A stretch of 64,000 nucleotides of DNA from the human T2T-CHM13v2.0 reference genome, Homo sapiens (GCF_009914755.1 NC_060931.1), one strand, 5' to 3'. Numbered from the stretch's first letter, positions 13,083 to 33,960 are shown. Made by a program: numbers and translations. Notes: generated by a model from the sequence alone, not told the origin.

Positions 13083-15056
13083 CATGATCCAACAATGTAT
13101 AAAAAGAATTATATGCCATAGCCAAGTGACATTTATTCCAAGGATTCAAGGCTTATTCAACATTCAAAAATCAGTTAGTAGAATCTACCATGTCAATAGA
13201 CTAAAGAAGAAAAATCATATGATCATAGCCATTGATGCAGAAAAACATTTGGCAATATTTAAAACCCTCATCTGATTAAAAAAAATTAATAGTAAATTAG
13301 GAGTAGAGAACTTCCTCAATTTAACAAATAACATCACAAAAAATATACAGCTAGCATCAAACTTAATGGTAAGAGACTAAGTGCTTTTCCCCGAAGATTG
13401 AGAATGAGGCAAGGCTATTCTGTAACTAATTCTATTCAACATTGTACTAACATCATAGCAAGTGCAGTAAGACAAGAAAAAGAAATTAAAAGATATAGAG
13501 ATGGGAAAGAAAGAAAGAAAACTGTATTTAGTCACAGATGGCATGACTGTCTATGAGAAAACTCTAAAGAATCTACAAAGAAATCCTGGAACGAATAAGC
13601 TAGGGGAACAAGATGACTAGAAACAAGGTCAGTGTACAAAGGGAAATTTTTTTTTGTATACCAGCCTTGAACAATTGTAATCTAATTTTTTTTTAATATT
13701 TACAATCTCACCAAAAATGTGTACACCTAAGTAGAAACATAACATAATAGATACAGAATCTGTAGGTAAAAAAACTACAAGACATTGGCATAATAAATTA
13801 AAGAAGCCTAAACAAATTCAAAGTTAGTTTGTGTCCATGGACTGGAAAGTGATCAGTGATTGCCAGGAATTCAAGGGGAAAAAGGGTTGAATCCATGAGG
13901 CACAGGAGATTTTGGCAGTAGTGAAACGATGCTGTACAGTACTATAATGGTTGATATATGATATCATGCACTTATGAAAACACACTGGACTTCATAGCAC
14001 AAGTAGTAAACTTTAATTTGTGCAATTTTTAAAAAAAGAATTTAATTTAGAAGATCTTGGAATTTCAGAAAAGAAGGCAGATTGGGACAAGAGAATCAAA
14101 CTGCATTACAAATAAATGAGACAAACTTACTGAATGGTATGGGGAAAATGTTCTGACCTAAGTAATGTTGAAAATAAATGGATGCTGTAAAACAAAAGGC
14201 AAAATAAATGGTACACAAGCACCATGCTCCAGTTGGATAAAGCTTTTTCCAACCAGCGTATAGGTTACCAGTTTGGAAACCACTATACAAAAACAAATAA
14301 ATGGATGATGGATAGCAGAAACCAGGTTTTTCACTGTTGGAGCGGGAGATTTTAGAAAAGAAGGGGGAGGACTGGAACTAACCATGTGGTACTTGGCTCC
14401 TTGGAGACCATCAGTATGAACTCATGTTTACCGTAATATAGATACATACGGATACGTTAGAAATATTTATAAGTATGTGTACACACACCAATTTGTGTGT
14501 GTGTGTGCGCATGCACACGCGCACATGCTCTGTCAGATTAGAGAGCCTGGAAACCATGATAGCCCAGTAGCAGAGAGGGCACCAACTGCCCAAATCTTGA
14601 TTTCTAATACAATTCTCCAATAAAAGGAAGAATAAAATGGCTCCTTATGGAAAAATGGTTGAATCTAAGAGTAAGGAAGAAAATATGCAAGATGAATCTG
14701 GAACATCTTGTAATACCAGTATGTAAAGAAACACTCTAACATATGCTTCTTCAATCACACACAAACACACGCAATCACACACAATCACACACAAACACAC
14801 ACAATTATGAGCGTATGTCAAAGGGACCCAGGAGTTAAACAAAAGAGCTCACAATGGCCAAAGCCGGAAAAATTTGAGCAAAATTAAGTAGTATTGGATT
14901 ATCACCCAAAGTGCAAAACAGACATCCATGAGTCTATAGTGATATAAATAAATGGTTGAATAAATAAACTAATAAAAGAGAAAAGAAAAATCTCCTAAGC
15001 AGAATTTCAAATAATTTATGTTGATACTCTACCTTTAGGAAAGTGGAACTCCCCAG
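13083..15056 (+). mobile_element. Old L1 (L1MC/L1MD-like): ORF2 RT fragment plus 3'UTR
   Basis: ORF 13084-13275 reads IQQ.IKRII.H.QV.FIP..QG.FNI.KS...NHMII.IDAEK (L1 RT). Confidence 0.8.
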
Positions 15057-15298
15057 CTAAAGGCTGGAAACCAGGTATATACAGTGGCATAAATCCACCC
15101 AGTTTTGTGGTTTTCTCATCAGCACTTTAGAAAGAGAGAAAACAAGTATATGCCTTGATTGAAGATTAAGGTTTGAGGTAAGGATGCAGGCGAAATAGAA
15201 GGAAATTAGGATGCTGAATATGGTGGCACTCGAGTGGTTGACATAATACATTAGAAGGCATTAGAATGTGTAGCCTAGCTAGGGAAAGAGTTGAAGTC

Positions 15299-15668
15299 TG
15301 ATATGGCTTGGATTTGTGTCCCCATCCAAATTTCATGTCGAACTAGAGGAGGGACCTGGTGAGAGGTGATTGGATCTTGGGGGCGGTTTCCCTCTTGCTG
15401 TTCTTGTGATAGTGAGTGAATTCTCATAAGATCTGTTGGTTTAAAAGTGTGTGGCACTTCCCCCTTCACTCCCTCTCTCTCTCCTGCCACCACGGGAAGA
15501 AGGTGCTTGCTTCCCCTTTGCCTTCTGCCATGATTGTAAGTTTCCTGAGACCGTACAGTCATGTTTCCTGTTAAGCCTGCAGAACTGTGAGCCAATTAAA
15601 TCTTTTTTCTTCATAAGTTACCAAGTCTCAAGTAGTTCTTTATAGCAATGTGAAAACAGACTAATACA
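15299..15668 (+). mobile_element. MSTA-like MaLR solo LTR
   Basis: TGATATGGCTTGG...CTAATACA ends; AGTC on both flanks. Confidence 0.85.
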
Positions 15669-16756
15669 AGTCCATGAGAATGCAATGACACAGATGAAAA
15701 GAAGGTAAAAGAGGTCTCAGAAAAATAGATCGAAGGGGGGCCAGCAATAGAATTGAAGAGTGGCATAAGGGATGAGGATGACTTGGTGTAAGAGCAATGT
15801 TGTCTGGGGGAGTTTGCATTTTGAGTGTAGCAGGGGATTGAAGGATGGAGGACAGCAAGGCCAAACGGCCTTGAGTCTGAGCTTTTAAGCAGTCACTGTA
15901 AACCTTAAAGGATATCAGACACTGTTCTCTCTCCACCTTAAATCCCACCAAGCAGGTTGTCTCTGTTGTTTAGTGTCACAAATTAAAGGATGATGAGAAA
16001 CTACTTGGCATTTTTGAGAGGCTGAAATTGGAGACTGCCCATTTTTCACCCACTTGAGAAAAGCTGATTATTTCTCAGAAACACTGACAACATCCTGCAT
16101 TGACTATAAGTCTGAGTCTTTCATTTTCAAGGGTGAAGAACATCCAGTCCCCAAAGAGGACACAGGCTGAAGTAGTAAAGTTAAGAAATCTCACCCCCTT
16201 GAAAATGAACACTGCTCAGCCACATCTAATTCCAGCTACATATTCTAAAATATTCACATATTCCACTACAAATTTGGCTCCTTTTCTGCTTGTAATCTGA
16301 GTTTCTTTGATGGCACCTTCACATCAGGTTGTTTACTGGATGGATGGATGGATGGATGGAAGGATGGACGGATGGATGAATGGACAGACAACAAGTCTTT
16401 CCATACTCTGACCTCAACCTAATTTCTTGGTTTTCCTCCTATTCTGCCTCTTTGTTTCTCTAAACTCAAACTCAAAAAACCTGGCAGCCATTTGGTGAGC
16501 ATTCCTGGCCTGTCTGTTCTTCATGCCTATCTTTACTCACTTTTCCTGAAATGCCTTTCTACATGGATAAATATTACTTTTTCTTTAAGGACCCTCTTAA
16601 ATGCCACCTCTTAAAGAAGGCTTCTCTAATTTTTGCAAATGTAAGCAATCTCTCCCTTACCAATAGGTTTCATGGACAAAACTTTTATTTATTCACAGTA
16701 GTACCTCCAGACTCTGGTAGACACTCAATAATATTTATTGAATGAATGAATGAAGT

Positions 16757-17333
16757 CTTTTTTTTTTTTGAGACAGAGTCTGTTTTTGCCACCCAGTCTG
16801 GAGTGCAGTGGGGTAATCATGCTCATTGCAACCTTGGCCTCACAGGCTCGAGCGATCCTCCCATCTGAGCTTCCCAAGTAAGTAGGACTACAGAGGCGCA
16901 CCACCATACCAAGTTAGTTTTTTTTTTGTAGAGATGGTGACATGGTTTGGCTGTGTCCCCACTCAAATCTCATCTTGAATTGTAGCTACCATAATTCCCA
17001 CATGTTGCAGGAGGGACCAGGTGGGAGATAATTGAATTATGGGGGTGGTTTTCTTCATACTGTTCTTGCAGTAGTGAATAAGTCTCACAAGATCTGATGG
17101 TTTTATAAGGGGAAACCCCTTCTGCTTGGCTCTCATTTTCTCTTTTGCCTGCTGCCAATATAAGACATCCCTTTCACCGTCCAGCCTGATTGTAAGGCCT
17201 GCCAAGCCACATGGAACTGTGAGTCCATTAAACCTCTTTTTCTTTATAAATTACCCAGTCTTGGATATGTCTTTATCAGCAGTGTGAAAATGAACTAATA
17301 CAGATGGGGTCCCACTATGTTGCCCAGGCTGGT
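16757..17333 (-). mobile_element. AluJ-like element split by a THE1 LTR
   Basis: Alu arms at 16757-16937 and 17303-17333. Confidence 0.8.
16938..17302 (+). mobile_element. THE1 (C/D-like) solo LTR
   Basis: TGACATGGTTTGG...CTAATACA; perfect TSD GATGG at 16933-16937 / 17303-17307. Confidence 0.9.
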
Positions 17334-18619
17334 AAATAAAGCATTTGTTTATATTTCTATCACAGAATAGTACACAGTCTACATACCATTATAAATTTTT
17401 TCCATAAATATAATATTAAGCTGTGATTTCCATGAAGGCAAAACTCACATTTTGTCCAAATTTTTATTTCCTTTAGTTTTTGCAATAGTCATAGATATTC
17501 ACCAAGTATATGTTGAATAAAGGAATTGGAAATGACACACTTGTCTCACTTTTTCCCAAGAGCACTAGAAGTTGCAGATCAAAGTACTGTAATATGGTTC
17601 TAGAATTGCCTAGCAACCTTTAGGAGTCTGATCCTTTTCGTTATAAATTTTCAAGAAATATTGCTCAGCACTGCAGGCCACAGAAGGGATCACTGATAAG
17701 TGAAAACAATAGATCTTAGCATTAATCAATAATAGGGGTGTGCGTTAAAAGGTTTGAAATCATTACTAATCATAAGTAAGACTAGTTAAGAAGCATAGTC
17801 CAAAGGGAAGTCAATGCTAACTAGACTCAAAGTTGGAGAGCTTCAGATTATTAATTTTAACCACATGTGCTGATTCAAAATGCCAGAATTGTTGAACCGC
17901 ATCCATCAATTCAAATACTGGGGAAGTAAATGAGGGATTGAAAGAGGGTCTGGCAGCAGCAAATAATTCAAAAGGTTCCTCCACATTCAGCTAGGGATTT
18001 CTGTCCCCTAGCCTATGGGGGACCATTTTAATGGAATTGATATGGATTGACATTAATTAGATAGCAAGAGTAATGCTAAACAAAATATTATTCTTGACTA
18101 TACTTCCCCAGTATTTTTCTATTTTGTGACCTGACCTTTTGTTCAATTCATTGCATCACTCCACCGTGATATACTCCTCTGTTCCGTACCTAAGGCCAAA
18201 TGCTGCCAGATGATCTCATAATGCTTTTGTCTAAGTGGGCTCTTAGTGGCTGCCAATCAAGGTAAGGAAGCAAGAAGCTAGGAGAAAGAAAAGCAGAATG
18301 CACCAGAGGCTCAGCTTAGTGAAGGAGGACAGGCAAAAGTTAGAGATGCCCACAGAAATCAAATGATAGATCAACTTCAACGTTATGCAGCTGTCTAGAA
18401 GGCAGGAGATTGATAGGAATTGAAATATGCAGGAAACCAAGTAGAAGCAGGCAGATGGAGACAAGCATCATCAAAAAAAAAAAAACGAACAAACCAAAAA
18501 AATAAAAATAAAAAACTTGACAGGGAAGAATGTACTGCCCTTCACTTGATTCCTCACTAACCCAAGACAGCATCAGACCTAAACAACACTGGCTAACTGC
18601 ATAGCATAACATGCATAAC

Positions 18620-18793
18620 TGTGTGTATGTGTGTGTGTGTGTGTGTGTAGTGTGTGTGTGTATATATATATGGTATATATATGGTGTATATATATATGGT
18701 GTATATATATATGCTATATATATGGTATATATATGCTATATATATATGGTGTGTGTGTGTGTATATATATATATACATATACACACACACCAT
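18620..18793. repeat. Compound (TG)n/(TA)n/(CA)n microsatellite
   Basis: Directly visible. Confidence 0.92.
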
Positions 18794-20064
18794 TGTGAGG
18801 GTTGTGGAGTGAAGGAGCGGGGATTTAGTAAAAGACTTAGGCATGATTAGTTAGCCTTTAACCTGGCAGAGAAATCTTTTAAGAATGACCAAGAAATATT
18901 TTGGGACTTCAGAATAACATAGTAAGGAGTTCAGAGGCCTGCATGTTTCAGCAAAACAATTGAACTGGTAAAAATTATATACATGTATTTTTTTTTAAGT
19001 GTTTAAAATCTCTGGAAATTGTCCTTAAGGGCATACAGCAAATGGAGAAACATGCATTCAAGAAAATCAGCCAAATTTTCTTGTAATCCCGGTGAGAGTC
19101 TGTGGCATTTGAATCATGACCCACTCCCTTGTCACCCACTCTCATCTCCATGTTAGGAAAGCTCTACCCTGGGTGCTCTACTCCAGGCAGGTGCAGCCAA
19201 GAAGACAAGTCTCCCTCTCCTTCCAGCTCCCAGGCTGAGGCTCCAATTTTCCCTAGAAGGCACAAGCTGCCATCATTTCTTCTCCCCTCCCCACCCCTGC
19301 CCAGCCTCATATTACAGAAATTCTATTCTAGGACTGAGAGGATCAGGCCTACCATCCCCCAAGAAGCTCTGACGCATAGGGAGGAAACTCCACTTCAGGT
19401 GCCACAAGGGTGAGAATGCTGGGGCTTGGGGGAGGAAGAAGAAAATGAGTATAGGGTTTCTTTCCATGGGAACAATAACTTTCTAAACTTAGATTTTGGC
19501 CATAGTTACACAACTCTGTGAATTTACTAAACAAATGTACACTTTGGTGAACTGTATGATTTGTGAATCGCATCTCAATTCAGCTACTTTAAACCAAGGG
19601 CAGGGGGTCCTGCTTGTAATCTCAGCTATTCCAGAGGCTTAGGTGGGAGAATCACTTGAGTCCAGGAGTTGAAGGCTACAGTGAACTATGATCACGCCAC
19701 TGTACTCCAGCTTGGGAGTTATTGAAATTTATATTTTTATTTATTAAAGCTGTTTTAAAAGTTGTTTGGGACTTTTGCTGATCTTTTTTCATGTTTGAAA
19801 TTTATGGAAAGGAATCAATGTTAAGGCACACTGCATGGACTCTCAAAACCACTAAGTTCATGCCCAAATTCCAGGATCAGCCTAGAAGACATTAGATAAA
19901 AACTTGCCAGATGGTAGGTGGTGTGCAAAATAAGGAATTTTTTTTTCCTCATCATTATACTATAATTACTTGTTTCAACTCAAGGATGAACAATCCCCCA
20001 AATTAATAGTAATTAACAAGTCAACTCACTGTTCTGTTTGTCTATGTATCTATGATCAGTTTAT

Positions 20065-22085
<2,021 letters not shown>

Positions 22086-22369
22086 ATAAGTACCAGAAAG
22101 AGAATGATTGTCTTATTCTTCTGATTCTCTTTTTATGAGTAATAAAATCTTTCTCTAATGTAATCTCCAAACTTTCTTCATTTCTCCTTGGCAGGGACCC
22201 ACACAGATATTCATCCTCGCTGGTATGTTGGAGTAGGTTCATCCTGGCTTGCAAGAGCCAATTGTTAAATTTCCAAGAATGTTGTGAGCCAGTTGATGTA
22301 ACATTGGTAGCTTGAACTGGCCACGCCAGAGAAATTGTTCTGTGCTACAAATCAGAGACCTTATTTCCC

Positions 22370-22370
<1 letters not shown>

Positions 22371-22442
<72 letters not shown>

Positions 22443-22601
22443 TTCCTTTCTTTCTTTTTTCTTTCTTTTCTTTCTTTCTCTTCCTTTCTCATTTTCTTTC
22501 TTCCTTTCCTCTTTCCTTTCCTCCTTTCTCCCTTTCTTTCTCCCCCTCCCTCCCTTTCTTTTCTTTTCTTTTCTTTCTTTCCTTCCTTCTTTCTTTCTTT
22601 T
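22371..22601 (+). repeat. (TTTC)17 plus polypyrimidine tract
   Basis: TTTC at 22371-22438, then CT-rich sequence. Confidence 0.93.
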
Positions 22602-23909
22602 GAGAGCTAGTGGTTAAACATTTACCAATACACCACTGCCCACTCTCAACAAACCCCCAGTAAGGAAAATGAAACCCAATAGTATAAATTAAGCAAAAAG
22701 TGTTTGAGTTAGAAGTCAGAATATGAACACCTGAATCAGTTTTTTTTCCAGCATAGAAGAAAATGAAAATGACTAATGACAGGCAAACAGCAATGTCTGT
22801 CACACACTTACACTGATAGCAAATTACAGGCATTGATTAAACCATTTAATCTTAATAACCAAATTATCATCTTAGATATTTATGTATATCATTAAATGTG
22901 TCATATAAACATTGATAATTTAAACATTTTAATTTCACATTTGCAATTTGCTTATATGTTTAGACATGAGACATAGTAACTGCTAACTTTTTTAGTAAAT
23001 TAATGATCTAAGTTTTAACTTTAGTGTAAAATTAAGTGGTAATATATCTTACTTACATACATGTTGCGTTTTTAATAAAGGAGAAACCTTATATTAAACT
23101 AAAGGATAGAAGCTGTGTATTAAGTTATAGACAATAATTTGCTGAGATAGGTTAAGGAGGGGAGAGAGCCATCGCACTCTTCATTAACAACAAAGTTCTT
23201 TTTTTGTGTGTGGGTATAAAATGAAACTAGAGTTACTGAGTCAGAGACTTCTCATTTTCTATGACTGACCTAAGTACCAAGAAAGACACAGTCCTCTCAG
23301 TGTTTGCTGCATATTATTAATAGAATCACCTGGGAAGCTTTGTTAAAAAAAAAAGGAAACACTTTTTCTTCAAGCAATTATGTATAAACTTGACACAGAA
23401 AAACTCTTCCACAAATACACTTAGAGAAATTGGAGGAAATTATGTTTTAAGTCTATTTGATTGCATTAGAAAACTCAAGGAAGTAAGAATATGGAGGACC
23501 AAGATGGAGAAGAGAAGCCCAAAAAGATAAAAAGATAAACCTGGGATTAGACTCTACTTTTCTATTGCCCCTGGCACTGCCCTTTGTCAAGTTCTCCCTG
23601 GTCCTTATCTTTTATGTCATATGTGTAATAGGTATTGTAGAATATTTTCTTCTTGGGAGAATATAGCTTTTGCAGCCAACTTTTTGCTCATGCAGGTTTG
23701 AGGATCCAAGGGTTATTTCAAAATCCAAATCCAAAATAATCAAATATGTTTGGGTTTTTGTTTTCATGGATTAGACATACAGTACTCTCAGACTAGTAAA
23801 TGTCTGGCCTGATTGCTTCCAAAAATTCCTTATGCCTATAACCATATTCAAAGTTCTTTTCTAGGTGTAACTTTTATACTGGATTAAATGAGTTTCATCT
23901 TTGCTCCAA

Positions 23910-24310
23910 TGTATTAGGCTGTTCTTACACTGCTATAAAGAAATACCTGAAACTGGTAATTTATAAAGAAAAGAGGTTTGTTTAATTGGCTCATAGTTCT
24001 GCTGGCTTTACAGGGAGCATGGTGTTGGCATCTGCCTGGCATCTGGGGAGGCCTCAGGAAGCTCACAATGTTCGCAGAAGGTGAAGGGTGAGCAGGCACT
24101 CACATAGTATGGGAGCAAGACAGAGAGAGTGAGGGAGGACATTCCAAACTTTACGAGATCATCTTGCAAGAACTCACTCACTATTGCAAGGACAGCACCA
24201 AGTCTTGAGGGATCTGCCCCTATGACCCAAACACCTCCCACCAGGCCTCACTTCCAAAGTTGGGAATTACAGTACAACATGAGATTTGGAGGGGACATCC
24301 AAACTATATA
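23910..24310 (-). mobile_element. MST (A/B) MaLR solo LTR
   Basis: TGTATTAGGCTGTTCTT...CATCCAAACTATA on +. Confidence 0.85.
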
Positions 24311-25360
24311 ATCCACTATGCCTCTCTCTCTACTTAAAGATACTGCCTGAACTAATCGCCTAGGTTGGAAATATAGAAGTGTACAAACTTGCTCTTTGGG
24401 GTTTAGTTGTCTTTTCCATCTTTTTCATCTTTCCTTCTCAAAACGGCAGGTAAAAGCCAACAAATACTAACACTCTGGCTCAGCAGGCACGTGTTTGCCT
24501 TCCAATTTATTGCAGTGGTAGTTCTATCAAATGTTTCGTCACCGCAGAAGAAAATGCATATTTCCAACTCTATAGCATATGGTACCTGTTTTCTTGCCAC
24601 ACACCATCTAAATCAATGGCATGTATTTTACCATTCTGTCACAGCAATACCATACTCCTGTATTAGTCGCAATTTCTGTATTAAGGGAGGTAAATCTGAG
24701 CTAACAAATATTACTAAAAACATGTGATAGTTCCAACCAAATAAGTTTATTTCTTGCTTATGTGTTAGTCCAAATAAGGGTTCCTGATATGTGAGTCACT
24801 CACATTGCCATGGTTATTCAGGAATCCATATGCTCCTCTCACCCTGAGGCTCCACTATCCCTGTCATCATTTGCACCCACCAAGCACACAGTTGCTTGAT
24901 AGTACGGTTGCTTATTAATAGCAGTGGCAAAAATCAAACACTGCACTTCTGGGCCTCCTTCACTGGCTGTAACCAGGTCACATGATTACATCTAAGGAAG
25001 GAAAGCTGAGAATTGTCCTTTAGGGTGTGCCTGGTAGGAAGAAGAGAATATCATCCTGATGCAGCTACTTCATTCTCTCAATTATTTTATAAGTCATTTA
25101 AAAAATATTTGATCAGTTCAGCTAACACATTCAGTTGGTTTGGAACTCAAAAGTAAATTTCCTCCCTCCCCACTGCTCTCCCACCCTTCCAGTCAACCAG
25201 TTCTCTGAATGAGTAACCAAAGTCACTATTTCTTGTACTTCTTGTACTTCTTGTTCTTATTGTATTTCTTGTAGTATTCCTTCCAGGAATACTATAGGCA
25301 TTTAAAAGCAGAACACATTTTTCTTACAATGATAGCATGCTACTACACTGCTTTAAAACC

Positions 25361-25409
25361 TTTCTCTCTCTCTCTCTTTCTCTCTCTCTCCCCCCCTCTC
25401 TCTCCCTGG

Positions 25410-25447
<38 letters not shown>
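25361..25447 (+). repeat. (CT)n-(TG)n microsatellite within old minus-strand L1M sequence
   Basis: Directly visible. Confidence 0.9.
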
Positions 25448-25785
25448 TTGACTTAACTTTGTAAAATCTGACTTGGAGATGATTCCATTCACATTTATAA
25501 AGCACTTTTTCATCATTTTTATGATTGCCTGGTTTCTGTTGTATAAATGTAGTGCAATAAATTTAACCAAATCCTACAGATGAATAGGTTGTTTCCAGTC
25601 TTTACTATTATAAATTATACTGAAATAAATTATATAGAAAGCATTTCACACATTTAAGATAAATTCTTAGAGGTAGAATTATGGTATCAAAGGAAATGGC
25701 GCCTATAATTTTACTGATATTGCGAAGTTCCCCTCCATAGATTTACCAATTTAAATTACCCATGAGCAATGGATGAGAGTGCCTA

Positions 25786-26186
25786 TCATATAGGTGGGAT
25801 GTTTTGTCTCCTCCAAATCTCATATTGAAATCTGATCCTCAGTGTTGCAGGTGGAGCCTGATGAGACGCATTTGGGTCATGGGGGTGGATCCTTATGAAT
25901 GGCTTGGTGCCCTCCTTTCAGTAATAACCTCCCACTCTATTAGTTCATGCAAGAGCTGGTTGTTTAAAAAAGCTTGGCATCTCTCTTGCTTCCTCTTTTT
26001 CCATGTGACACACCTGCTCCCCTTTGCCTTGTACAGTAAGTGGAAGCTTCCTGAGGCCTCACTAGAAGCAGATGCTGATGCCATGCTTCCTGTACAGCTG
26101 CAGAAACATGAGGCAAATAAGCCTCTTTTCTTCATAAAACACCAGACGTGGGTATTCCTTTATAGCAACGCAAATGGACTAACAAT
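25786..26186 (+). mobile_element. MSTB-like MaLR solo LTR
   Basis: CCAAATCTCATATTGAAAT...TATAGCAACGCAAATGGACTAA; TSD GCCTA at 25781-25785 / 26187-26191. Confidence 0.8.
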
Positions 26187-27256
26187 GCCTATCCAACCCC
26201 ACTGTGTTAGATCTTTGTGAATAAAATAGATGAAATTGCGTCATTGAAGTTTCAATCTCCAATTCTCTAAATGTGAGTGAGGCTAAACATCTTCTGATGT
26301 CTTAAAAAGATGTGTACTTTCATTTCTGTGAACTATTTCTGTGGACATTTACGAAGTACATCATTTAAATTATAAATGTGTAAGGTACTCTTCATATATT
26401 AAGAATATTTGTCCTATGTCTGTTTTATAAGTTGCATCTATTCTTTGTCATTTTTACTTTGTTAATTTTTTTAAACATGCATAATTCTTTTCATTTCTAT
26501 GTGGTCAATTATTCAACATTTTCAAATGAATTCCAGATTTGTCATCATACATAGAAAATTAACTTCACTATATACTTAAAAAATTCTTCCACATTGTTTT
26601 CTATGACTTTTATGATTACATATTTTTCATCTAAACTTTTGACCTTTTGTAATTTACCTTGGCTAAGGTGTATTTTGTTTTGTTTGTTTAATTTCAACTT
26701 TTATTTTATTTTAGAATCAGGGGTACATGTGCAGATTTACTACATGGCTATATTGTGTAATGCTTTGGTTTGGGGTAGGATTGATCCCATCACCCAAGTA
26801 GTGAGCATAGTACCTGATAGGTAGTTTTTCAGCCTTTTCTACCCTCTCTTCCTCCCTTGTCTGGTAGTCCACCGTGTCTATTGTTACCATCTTTATATCC
26901 ATGAGTACACAATGTTTAGATCCAACTTAGAAGTGAGAACATGCATTATTTGGTTTGCTGTTCCTGCATTAATTCACTTAGAATAATGGCCTCCAGCTGC
27001 ACCAATGTTGCTCAAAGGACATGATTTCATCTCTTTTTGTCACTGCATAGTATTCCATGGTGTGGTGTATATGTACCACATTTTTTTAATCCATTCTACT
27101 GTTGATGGGCTCCTAAGTTGATTCCATGTCTTTGCTATGGGGAATAGTGCTGTGATGAAGATGTGAGTGCATGTGTCCTTTGGTAGAATCATTTATTTTC
27201 TTTTGGATATATACCCGGTAATGAGATTGCTGAGTTGAATGGTGGTTCTGCTTTAA

Positions 27257-28108
<852 letters not shown>

Positions 28109-29052
28109 TTGTGATTCTCATTGTGATTTTGATTTGCATTTATCTGATGATTAGTGATGTGAAGCATTTTTTCTTATGTTTCCTGGCCACTCATATGTCT
28201 TCTTTTGAGAAGTGTCTGTTCATGTATTTAGCCCACTTTTTAATGGCATTATTTGCTTTTTGCTTGTTTAATTATTTAAGTTTCTTATAGATGCTGGCTA
28301 TTAGACCTTTGACAGATGCATAGTTTGGAAATATTTTCTCCCATTCTGAAGGTTGTCTGTTTACTCTGTTGACAGTTTCTTTTGCTAAGCAGAAGCTGTT
28401 TGGTTTAATTAGGTCCCACTTGTCAATTTTTTGTTTTGTTGGAATTATTTTTGAGGACTTAGTCATAAATTATTTCCCAAGGTTTCCTAGGTTTTTTTTC
28501 TAGGATTCTTACTGTTTGAAGTCTTACGTTTAAATCTCTAATAGATCTTGAGATAATTTTTGTATACGGTGAAAAGTAGGGGGTTTAGTCTCTTTTTCTG
28601 CATATGGCTAGCCAGCTATCCCAGCATCCTTTACTGAATAGGATGTTCTTTTCTCATTGCTTATTTTTGTTGATTTTATTGACAATTAGAGGGCTGTACA
28701 TGTGTGGCTTTATTTCTGGGTTCTCTATTCCGTTCTGTTGGTCTGTTGGTCTGTGGTTCTGGTTTTTGTACTTGGTTAAGGTTTGAAGTATTCATCTACC
28801 TTTATTTTTCTTAATGGCTACACAATGCCCCAATACTTTTTTTTTTTTTTATACTTTAAGTTTTAGGGTACATGTGCACATTGTGCAGGTTAGTTACATA
28901 TGTATACATGTGCCATGCTGGTGCCCTGCACCCACTAACTCGACATCTAGCATTAGGTATATCTCCCAATGCTATCCCTCCCCCCTCCCCCCACCCACCC
29001 ACAGTCCCCAGAGTGTGATATTCCCCTTCCTGTGTCCATGTGATCTCATCGT

Positions 29053-32907
<3,855 letters not shown>

Positions 32908-32943
32908 TTAGTTGATGCAGTTTCTTCCTAGTCTCAATGGTCT

Positions 32944-33960
32944 TTACATTTTGGCATGATTTTGCAGCGGCTGGTACCGGTTGTTCCTTTCCATGTTTAA
33001 CGCTTCCTTCAGGAGCTCTTTTAGGGCAGGCCTGGTGGTGACAAAATCTCTCAGCATTTGCTTGTCTGTAAAGGATTTTATTTCTCCTTCACTTATGAAG
33101 CTTAGTTTGGCTGGATATGAAATTCTGGGTTGAAAATTCTTTTCTTTAAGAATGTTGAATATTGGCCCCCACTCTCTTCTGGCTTGTAGGGTTTCTGCCG
33201 AGAGACCAGCTGTTAGTCTGATGGGCTTCCCTTTGAGGGTAACCCAACCTTTCTCTCTGGCTGCCCTTAACATTTTTTCCTTCATTTCAACTTTGGTGAA
33301 TCTGACAATTATGTGTCTTGGAGTTGCTCTTGTTGAGGAGTATCTTTGTGGCGTTCTCTGTATTTCCTGAATCTGAACGTTGGCCTGCCTTGCTAGATTG
33401 GGGAAGTTCTCCTGGATAATATCCTGCAGAGTGTTTTCCAACTTGGTTCCATTCTCCCCATCACTTTCAGGGACACCAATCAGACGTAGATTTGGTCTTT
33501 TCACATAGTCCCATATTTCTTGGAGGCTTTGCTCATTTCTTTTTATTCTTTTTTCTCTAAACTTCCCTTCTCGCTTCATTTCATTCCTTTCATCTTCCAT
33601 TGCTGATACCCTTTCTTCCAGTTGATCGCATCGGCTCCTGAGGCTTCTGCATTCTTCACGTAGTTCTCGAGCCTTGGTTTTCAGCTCCATCAGCTCCTTT
33701 AAGCACTTCTCTGTATTGGTTATTCTAGTTATACATTCTTCTAAAATTTTTTCAAAGTTTTCAACTTCTTTGCCTTTGGTTTGAATGTCCTCCCGTAGCT
33801 CAGAGTAATTTGATCGTCTGAAGCCTTCTTCTCTCAGCTCGTCAAAGTCATTCTCCATCCAGCTTTGTTCCGTTGCTGGTGAGGAACTGCGTTCCTTTGG
33901 AGGAGGAGAAGCACTCTGCGTTTTAGAGTTTCCAGTTTTTCTGTTCTGTTTTTTCCCCAT
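32944..33960 (-). CDS. L1 ORF1p, uninterrupted 338 aa
   Basis: MGKKQNRKTGNSK...; REKG, ARR and YPAKLS motifs retained. Confidence 0.92.
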   Translation of the reverse strand: MGKKQNRKTGNSKTQSASPPPKERSSSPATEQSWMENDFDELREEGFRRSNYSELREDIQTKGKEVENFEKILEECITRITNTEKCLKELMELKTKARELREECRSLRSRCDQLEERVSAMEDERNEMKREGKFREKRIKRNEQSLQEIWDYVKRPNLRLIGVPESDGENGTKLENTLQDIIQENFPNLARQANVQIQEIQRTPQRYSSTRATPRHIIVRFTKVEMKEKMLRAAREKGWVTLKGKPIRLTAGLSAETLQARREWGPIFNILKEKNFQPRISYPAKLSFISEGEIKSFTDKQMLRDFVTTRPALKELLKEALNMERNNRYQPLQNHAKM

